Source of the DNA: Halalkalibacterium halodurans
Lineage (GTDB): Bacteria; Bacillota; Bacilli; Bacillales; Bacillaceae_D
Assembly (NCBI RefSeq): GCF_004376175.1
Contig: NZ_SNUY01000111.1
Location: 1-5,702 of the forward strand
Length of the DNA stretch: 5,702 bases
Reading direction: 5' to 3'
Shown here: positions 1-5,297 of the stretch, piece after piece
How the letters are laid out: each line of letters starts with the position of its first letter
Numbering within the stretch: position 1 is the first letter of the stretch
Translations under genes and position numbers: made by a program
Notes under the pieces: generated by a model
Seen by the model: only the letters and a program-made list of their open reading frames with translations
Databases searched by the model: none
What the model was told of the DNA's origin: nothing

Positions 1-49
1 TAATTTTATCAAAAGGTGTCCTTTTGGTTTACACAAAATACGAATAAAA

Positions 50-103
50 AGGCGTGAAGCCTACACTTTTTAGTGTAAGCTCCTACGCCTTATTTTTTTA
101 TTT
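50..103 (+). terminator. Putative intrinsic terminator (imperfect hairpin plus T-run) closing unseen DNA to the left of the window
   Basis: Three helices pair around the loop ttttta (67-72): aggcg (50-54)/cgcct (86-90), agc (58-60)/gct (79-81) and tacac (62-66)/gtgta (73-77). A T-rich run tattttttta ttt follows (91-103). An A-run (46-50) precedes the hairpin, so it could act in either direction. The stem is interrupted by an internal loop and a C.A mismatch, hence modest confidence. Confidence 0.4.
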
Positions 104-112
104 CCTGGGGTT

Positions 113-430
113 TTGTCCCAGCCCCTTATAACTGGATTATTACTTAATTGTTTTGGATTCTTTTTTGCCCACTCAACTGCTAGTTCTTGGGTTAGCAGTC
201 GAGCAAAATCCGCAAAAGCAAGTGCTGCAGGCTTGTACTTAATTTTCTATTATATTGGAGGCAGCCTTGGACCTTTATATTTAGAACCATTTTGGAACCT
301 TCTAAACTGGCAAGGAATTGTGTTAGGTAGTATGTTCATCCTCATCTTAACAACCTTCCTTGGTTTGAAAATGAAAAAAATCGAAACACAGCACCTATCA
401 GAACCATTAAAGCAAGCGAAGAATTTCTAA
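113..430 (+). pseudogene. 3' remnant of an MFS permease gene (YnfM-like; last ~2 transmembrane helices only)
   Basis: The track ORF starts at TTG, and the frame is open only back to the TAG at 71-73. The translation contains FGFFFAHSTASSWVSSRA...GLYLIFYYIGGSLGP...IVLGSMFILILTTFLGL, which reads like TM11-TM12 of a ~400-aa MFS transporter. There is no Shine-Dalgarno site. Upstream of ~105 the sequence is AT-rich non-coding DNA with a terminator-like hairpin. Confidence 0.6.
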
Positions 431-434
431 CATT

Positions 435-466
435 AAAAAAGCAGGCCACCTCATGTGCCTGCTTTT
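435..466. terminator. Bidirectional intrinsic terminator between the convergent MFS remnant and the amidase operon
   Basis: The stem gcaggc (441-446)/gcctgc (457-462) has extra inner pairs around a ~5-nt loop. It is flanked by aaaaaa (435-440) and tttt (463-466). Read on the minus strand the hairpin is followed by UUUUUU. Confidence 0.7.
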
Positions 467-554
467 GATCATTTAACAATCCTTCCTAATCACCATCATT
501 GAGTTAGCGTTTTTCTGAAACTCATATGTAACGTGAACCTCTTTTAATAACTCC

Positions 555-1727
555 TTATTTCTCCCACAAATCATAATGCTGATCCATCCACCTTAGTAAC
601 CTAATATCTTGCTTTGGTCCTGCAATCACAGATAGTCCAATTGGGACACCTTTCACTTCAGCCACTGGTATCGTGACTTGCGGGAGTCCTGCCAACCCTG
701 CAATAGAAGCGAGCTGGATCGTTTCGGATCTTCGTTTTTCAATTTCTTCTCCAGACAGGTTAACAAGAGGAGCTTTCCCAGGTGCAGTGGGAATGATCAG
801 TAACCCATCATCACCGAGCAGCTTTTCTAAGCGGTTTTGAATACGCTCTTTTAACTGTTGTTCGGTCACACTCTCATCTTCTTTTAAAGTACTTGCCCAT
901 TCGAATCGCGCTGCAATGTCTGGACCAAAATGGGGCTTAACCGTTTCAATCCATTCACCATGAGATTTCCATACTTCAATTCCTTGTAACGTTCTAAATG
1001 CATTCATCCATGTGACTAGCCCTTCGTCTGCAATCTCGATTGATTCCCTTTGAGTAAAACCATTTTCAATCGTTGTAAGAACAGGAGAGAGCACTTGCTT
1101 ACTCTCTTCATCCGCTAATGCCCACGCATCCTTACCAATCATTACTCGTGTAAATGCTTGAGCCGATGATTTTTCTTGAAGTAAAACCTCACCAACTTTA
1201 AGCAATGTCTTCGTATCACGAGTCATCCAACCAACCGTATCAAAGCTAGGTGCTAACGGAATAACCCCTTCAATCGAAAGAAAATTATGTGTCGGTCGAA
1301 AGCCGTACAGCCCGCAATAAGCTGCAGGGATTCGCACGGAGCCTGCTGTATCTGTTCCGAGGGCAAAATCAACTAGTTTAGCTGCAACAGCGACAGCCGA
1401 ACCACTAGAAGAACCGCCAGGAATACGCTGATGATCTTTTGGATTAACAGGTGTCCCGTAATGAATATTTTCTCCATTTAAACTATACATGAGCTCATCG
1501 GTAATTGTTGTGCCGACTAATGTTGCACCATTTTCTAATAAACGCTGTACAACAGGCGCATGACTTTTTGCAGGTGAATGCGTACGCAACCAATCTGGAT
1601 TTCCAGCACTAGCCGTTATTCCTTTTACATCCAACACATCCTTAACCGCAAACCTAAGTCCTGACAGGCTTCCTTTTGCTAATGGTTCCATATTCAGCTC
1701 TTCAACAAAGGCATTATAATCCTTCAT
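555..1727 (-). CDS. Amidase-signature (Ser-cisSer-Lys) family amidase, AMI1/Toc64-like subgroup; substrate unknown
   Basis: The long ORF is 555-1754. It carries the catalytic Lys in FAVKDV, GGSSSGS (nt 1398-1418) and GTDTAGSVRIPA (nucleophile Ser). GGAGGG (1733-1738) lies 5 nt upstream of the ATG at 1727 (Met10 of the track ORF), which I favour over the ATG at 1754. Stop is TAA at 555-557. Confidence 0.9.
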   Translation of the reverse strand: MKDYNAFVEELNMEPLAKGSLSGLRFAVKDVLDVKGITASAGNPDWLRTHSPAKSHAPVVQRLLENGATLVGTTITDELMYSLNGENIHYGTPVNPKDHQRIPGGSSSGSAVAVAAKLVDFALGTDTAGSVRIPAAYCGLYGFRPTHNFLSIEGVIPLAPSFDTVGWMTRDTKTLLKVGEVLLQEKSSAQAFTRVMIGKDAWALADEESKQVLSPVLTTIENGFTQRESIEIADEGLVTWMNAFRTLQGIEVWKSHGEWIETVKPHFGPDIAARFEWASTLKEDESVTEQQLKERIQNRLEKLLGDDGLLIIPTAPGKAPLVNLSGEEIEKRRSETIQLASIAGLAGLPQVTIPVAEVKGVPIGLSVIAGPKQDIRLLRWMDQHYDLWEK

Positions 1728-1757
1728 GTCATCCCTCCATAACCATTCATACATTAA

Positions 1758-3017
1758 TTAGCCATCATTTGCTTTTGAGATTCTTTCTTTTTGTTGATAT
1801 ACATTTAACGCTGCTTGAACACCTTCACCGACATTGACTTTCACATCGTGTCTTGTTAGTACTGCTTCTAATGCCCCAAGAGTTAATAGGATATTTCTTT
1901 GTTGGCAGCTATAGCCCATCGTCCCGATTCTCCAAATCTTGCCGTGGAGCGGACCAAAGGAGCTAGCGATCTCAATACCGAAATCATCTAGTAACATTTT
2001 TCGAACAGAATCACCATTCACTCCATCTGGTATCGCCACGCAAGTAACTGTAGGAAGTTTATTTTCTGAATGACCAAATAATTCAAGACCCATCGCTTCA
2101 ATTCCTGCAACTAATGCTCGTTCATTTACACGATGACGTTCAAACCTCGCTTCCAATCCTTCTTCTAATATGAGACGCAACCCCTCATACAGTCCGTAAA
2201 GCATAGATGTCGCTTCTGTATGATGATTGAGCCGTGCTGGACTCCAGTAATCTTGTAATTGACTCAAATCAAAGTAATTACTACGAATACGTCTTTCAAA
2301 ATTGCTTGATAACAGCTGCTCTTTCGTTGCCAGACCTTTCTCAATTGACTTTCGTTGCAAAAGAATATCTTCTATTCTTTCATTATAAGTAAGAGGAGCC
2401 ATTCCAGCGGGCACAGATAGGCATTTTTGCGTTCCCGTTATTAAACCGTCAATCATCCATTCATCTGTGTTTACTTCAGTCCCGCCGACCGTTGCGACTG
2501 CATCAACAAGCAATAAAACGTCCATTTCTCGGCAAGCATAGCCAATTTCCTTTAATGGCTGTATTCGTCCCGTCGATGTATCACCATGAACGATCGCCAC
2601 CACTTTTGGTTTTACTCTCTTCATTTCATTGATCACATCATCAGGGTCAAATACATCTCCCCATTCACAGGTCATCACTTGAACATCGGCCCCACAACGC
2701 TCAGCAATTTCTGTTAGCAAGCCCCCGAATCGACCAAAGGAGGGAACAAGTACGATGTCTCCTTCTTCAATCACACTACAAAGCATCGCCTCAATTCCTG
2801 CTCGTGATGTGCCGTCGATTGGAAAAGCCCAATGATTAGTTGTTTGTAGCACTAGTCTAAGCAGCTTCATTGTTTCATTCATTAAAGTAGTAAAACTTGG
2901 ATCAAATTGACCTAGAATTGAATTTGACATCGCCTGTCGTACACGAGGATCGACCTCAACTGGTCCAGGTGTCATAATCGTACGGACTGGAACATGGAAT
3001 GGTGTTGAATGATGCAT
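1758..3017 (-). CDS. Class V pyridoxal-phosphate aminotransferase (alanine/serine-glyoxylate, PucG-like ureidoglycine-glyoxylate aminotransferase family)
   Basis: The long ORF is 1758-3032. AGXT-type motifs are present: TGTQKCL with the PLP-lysine codon at 2424-2426, plus HGDTSTG and LLLVDAV. GGGGGA (3025-3030) lies 7 nt before the ATG at 3017, which I favour over the TTG at 3032. The gene sits 26 nt downstream of the M20 hydrolase stop. Confidence 0.85.
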   Translation of the reverse strand: MHHSTPFHVPVRTIMTPGPVEVDPRVRQAMSNSILGQFDPSFTTLMNETMKLLRLVLQTTNHWAFPIDGTSRAGIEAMLCSVIEEGDIVLVPSFGRFGGLLTEIAERCGADVQVMTCEWGDVFDPDDVINEMKRVKPKVVAIVHGDTSTGRIQPLKEIGYACREMDVLLLVDAVATVGGTEVNTDEWMIDGLITGTQKCLSVPAGMAPLTYNERIEDILLQRKSIEKGLATKEQLLSSNFERRIRSNYFDLSQLQDYWSPARLNHHTEATSMLYGLYEGLRLILEEGLEARFERHRVNERALVAGIEAMGLELFGHSENKLPTVTCVAIPDGVNGDSVRKMLLDDFGIEIASSFGPLHGKIWRIGTMGYSCQQRNILLTLGALEAVLTRHDVKVNVGEGVQAALNVYQQKERISKANDG

Positions 3018-3043
3018 CTTGCAATCCCCCAATCTTGCTCGTA

Positions 3044-4288
3044 TTATTCTGCTAACCTCACTAATGTATTTAACAAAACTTGCGTACCAATCATACAGTC
3101 TTCATAATCTGACCATTCCTTTGGATTATGGCTAATTCCCTCTTTAGAGCGAACAAAGATCATACCCATTTTCGTCAGCTTCGCCATCATCAAGGAATCA
3201 TGACCAGCCCCGCATTGTAATCTCATCGTTGGCACATCAAGCTCTTTACACGATTCCTCAATCATATCAATTACCTCTACTTGGCAAGAAGTAGGATCGA
3301 CAGCTTTTTTGACTTCCATCTCAGCATGGACGTCCCTTTTCTGGCAAATTCGATTGATAGCTTCATTGACTTCATTCATCATTTTTGTTCGACTTTCTTT
3401 ATTAATATGTCTAAGATCAACGGAAAAAGCAGCAAGACCTGGGATAATATTGACTCCACCTGGCTCTATGTTTACTTTCCCAACTGTTCCGACTCCATCA
3501 TACGTCTTGGCAATCTTCTCAATGTCTAGCATGAGCTCCGCCATCGCAAGAGCAGCATCCTTTCTCATATACATAGGAGTGGCACCAGCATGATCGGCAT
3601 GTCCTTTTACAACAACATCTAACCATATCGGCCCCTGAATATCAGTCACAATTCCAACAGGCAGCTGATGTTCTTCAAGAACCTTCCCTTGCTCAATATG
3701 CAGCTCAACATAGGCTTTTAATTCTTCTCGTTCTCTCTTTGCTTGTTTGTATAAGCGAGGATCTAATTGTGCTTGACGAAAAGCTTCTGCGTAAGTCAGC
3801 CCATTTGCATCCGTTAATGAAAATGTCGCTTCATCTAGCTCTCCTGCCATTGCTTTACTACCAATATAACCTGTGCCAAAACGAATTCCTTCTTCATCTG
3901 TAAAGGAGACAACCTCGATTGAATGCTTCAGCTGAAAACCTGACTCTTTAATCGAACGCACGGCTTCAATTGCCCCAAGAACACCTAGAGCCCCGTCAAA
4001 AATCCCTCCTTGAAAAACCGTATCAATATGTGATCCTGTTAAGACAATTGGCGCTTGTTTCACTGTTCCCTCTAGCTTTCCGATAATATTACCAACTACA
4101 TCAATGCGAACCTTAAGCCCTGCCTCTTCCATTAAATTGATTACATATTGTCTCGCTTTCAAATCCTCTACACTAAGCGAAAGTCTTGTCACTCCTTCTT
4201 CTTTAGAAGATGGTGAAGATCCAATCTCACCTAATTCCAAAAGAGTATTCCATAATCGTTGTTTGTTGATCTGACATGTAATAACCAA
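3044..4288 (-). CDS. M20-family Zn/Mn amidohydrolase of the allantoate amidohydrolase / N-carbamoyl-L-amino-acid hydrolase group (PucF/AllC-like)
   Basis: 414-aa ORF with a TTG start at 4288, preceded by GGAGGGGAG (4297-4305, 8-nt spacer). Metal and dimerisation-domain motifs are GSHIDTV, FDGALGV, FTDEEG, GHADHAGATPM and CGAGHD. The adjacent PucG-type aminotransferase favours allantoate amidohydrolase, but I cannot assign the substrate from sequence alone. Confidence 0.85.
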   Translation of the reverse strand: MVITCQINKQRLWNTLLELGEIGSSPSSKEEGVTRLSLSVEDLKARQYVINLMEEAGLKVRIDVVGNIIGKLEGTVKQAPIVLTGSHIDTVFQGGIFDGALGVLGAIEAVRSIKESGFQLKHSIEVVSFTDEEGIRFGTGYIGSKAMAGELDEATFSLTDANGLTYAEAFRQAQLDPRLYKQAKREREELKAYVELHIEQGKVLEEHQLPVGIVTDIQGPIWLDVVVKGHADHAGATPMYMRKDAALAMAELMLDIEKIAKTYDGVGTVGKVNIEPGGVNIIPGLAAFSVDLRHINKESRTKMMNEVNEAINRICQKRDVHAEMEVKKAVDPTSCQVEVIDMIEESCKELDVPTMRLQCGAGHDSLMMAKLTKMGMIFVRSKEGISHNPKEWSDYEDCMIGTQVLLNTLVRLAE

Positions 4289-4328
4289 AGATCCAACTCC
4301 CCTCCACCAAACGTATTTTAGTAAATAA

Positions 4329-4352
4329 GGTCAACCAAAAACTTGGCTGACC
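4329..4352 (-). terminator. 10-bp palindrome between the binding-protein remnant and the hydrolase gene; terminator and/or operator
   Basis: The minus-strand RNA reads GGUCAGCCAA-GUUU-UUGGUUGACC, with 9 Watson-Crick pairs plus one G.U. That G.U position is an A.C mismatch in plus sense. The hairpin is followed by UUAUUUACUAAAAU. It lies 30 nt after the TAG at 4383-4385 and 40 nt before the TTG at 4288. Confidence 0.5.
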
Positions 4353-4382
4353 CCCATTCATTTCATGTAAACTTTCATTATT

Positions 4383-4829
4383 CTAATGAGAAGGCAAAAA
4401 TTCGGTTGTGAATATCTCATTGGCATCAAACGTTTCTTCTAGCAACCCTAATTCATGTAATTGATCGATCAGTGTTGTCCACCGTTCCTCTGACATATAA
4501 CCAAAACCGTGCTCCTCTGCATCACCACCATAAACAAATTCCATTTGTGCCTCCGTTTCAAAGGCAAGACTCTCTAAAGCGAGATTTGGGTTCGCCTCAT
4601 GAATCACTTCATTTATTTCATCAGGCGCATCCTTGTAATAGTTCCACCCTTCAACAAATGAAGTCACAAACTTTCTCACTGTCTCCGCGTTTTCTTCCAC
4701 GTAATCTTTAGTCGCAAATAAAACAACATTGTAAGGATCAAATCCTGATTCTGATACTAAAATCGTTTCCGTCTTCACTCCTCCCTCAATAAAGTTTAAT
4801 TTTCTCGCTAATACTCGTGTATTCTCCAA
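4383..4829 (-). pseudogene. 3' half of an ABC-transporter substrate-binding protein gene (NMT1/THI5-SsuA/TauA type, NitT/TauT family), 5' half missing
   Basis: The 148-aa ORF (…VSESGFDPYNVVLFATKDYVEENAETVRKFVTSFVEGWNYY…FTTEFLP) matches only the C-terminal lobe of ~330-aa binding proteins. There is no signal peptide or lipobox. Two in-frame stops (TGA 4833-4835, TAG 4836-4838) lie immediately upstream, and beyond them is IS-associated DNA. Confidence 0.7.
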
Positions 4830-4922
4830 ATTTCACTAACACCAAATAGTAATCTCACCAGTACTACTGGATAGAAGTAGAACGAATTAAAATTTCTTAC
4901 AGGGGATAATCCATCCTAACGT

Positions 4923-4941
4923 CCAAACTGGTATAGTTTGG
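4923..4941 (-). repeat. Perfect 7-bp hairpin with 5-nt loop
   Basis: ccaaact (4923-4929) pairs with agtttgg (4935-4941); the loop is ggtat. Confidence 0.7.
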
Positions 4942-4945
4942 TAAT

Positions 4946-4990
4946 TGAGTAGTATGACCGTGCCTATAAATCTCCACGCTACTCACGGTC
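4946..4990 (-). repeat. Two interleaved 7-bp inverted repeats (H-type pseudoknot topology)
   Basis: tgagtag (4946-4952) pairs with ctactca (4979-4985). gaccgtg (4956-4962) pairs with cacggtc (4984-4990). The order is B' A B A', with a 2-nt overlap. Confidence 0.7.
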
Positions 4991-5159
4991 GCTAACCCTC
5001 CCATGTCTCTCCGGATTGGTATCCATACCTTCCTTCGTCCTGCGTATCCATGAGGTGGAGGTCGGATAAGCTCCTTTGCTGGGTCATAAGCCCGTATGGT
5101 GAAAATAAACTCCGACTCTGCACTATTGGTGTTTGTTATTTGTAAGTATACAGATGATG

Positions 5160-5274
5160 CACGGCTTTACATGGAGTGGCGGGCATGGTAGGCTTCCTTA
5201 GCCATGGGCGAATCATTGGATGACTCGCCGCTTCGCCAAGGAGCCATGCCCGCAGAGGCTCCGTGTCAAGCCAC
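5160..5274 (-). repeat. 115-nt imperfect inverted repeat forming a rod-like hairpin 23 nt downstream of the transposase stop
   Basis: Basal helix 5259-5274/5161-5176 has 12 WC pairs, 2 G.U and 2 mismatches in minus sense. Helix 5244-5253/5179-5188 is 10 perfect bp. Helix 5235-5243/5193-5202 has 9 pairs (one G.U) and one bulge. The apical helix 5207-5216/5220-5229 is 10 bp with loop 5217-5219. Confidence 0.8.
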
Positions 5275-5297
5275 TTTGGGTGATCTGCTTTCTAAGG

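Larger units (their letters stand above)
4833..5297 (-). ncRNA. Candidate IS-encoded structured RNA (bridge RNA / seekRNA-like) in the non-coding end 3' of the transposase gene
   Basis: The region is ORF-free on both strands and dense in stems (5160-5274, 4946-4990, 4923-4941, 4858-4870). Several G.U pairs exist only in minus sense. No promoter, terminator or guide-target pairing could be established by eye. Confidence 0.3.

Noticed and set aside
11-25. Small hairpin aaaagg-tgt-cctttt
   Set aside because: It has six mostly A-U pairs and a 3-nt loop in AT-rich DNA, which is too weak and too likely by chance to call.
113-430. Treating the 105-aa ORF as a genuine small membrane-protein gene
   Set aside because: It reads as the C-terminal end of a 12-TM MFS permease. 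It has a TTG start without an RBS and an abrupt loss of homology upstream, so a gene fragment is more likely.
466-554. Possible separate terminator or sRNA between the shared terminator and the amidase stop (gagtt…aactc, 511-533)
   Set aside because: It has only a 5-bp stem with a 13-nt loop, and no promoter elements were seen. The strong hairpin at 441-462 already explains termination for both directions.
3281-3593. Two overlapping plus-strand ORFs (82 and 94 aa) inside the M20 hydrolase gene
   Set aside because: They are antisense shadow ORFs within a well-supported gene. The translations are low-complexity and Ser/Phe/Ile-rich, with no RBS and no recognisable motifs.
4472-4711. Plus-strand 79-aa ORF inside the binding-protein remnant
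   Set aside because: It is antisense to sequence with a clear protein-family signal. The translation is His/Pro/Gln-rich nonsense-like, and there is no RBS.
5019-5051. 8-nt direct repeat gtatccat (5019-5026 and 5044-5051)
   Set aside because: An 8-mer recurring once within ~470 nt is roughly what chance predicts. The flanks do not extend the match.
5145-5150. -10-like TATACT (minus strand) that could start a transcript covering 5137-4833
   Set aside because: The best -35 candidate at 17-nt spacing (CATGTA) is poor, and the adjacent TG is not at the extended -10 spacing. I keep it only as a possibility that needs TSS mapping.
5264-5269. Perfect -35 hexamer TTGACA on the minus strand just after the transposase stop
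   Set aside because: No -10-like hexamer lies 16-18 nt downstream (the sequence there is TGGCTC), and the hexamer is buried in the basal helix of the rod hairpin.
4833-5297. Group II intron, tmRNA, RNase P, T-box or riboswitch identity for the structured region
   Set aside because: I found no GUGYG 5' end and no domain V (GAGCCGUAU…GAAA…ACGUACGGUUC-like) sequence. The 35-nt GACCGUG…CACGGUC hairpin lacks the AGC triad and bulge geometry. No T-box or tmRNA/RNase P conserved blocks were seen. The region is also too short for an intron.
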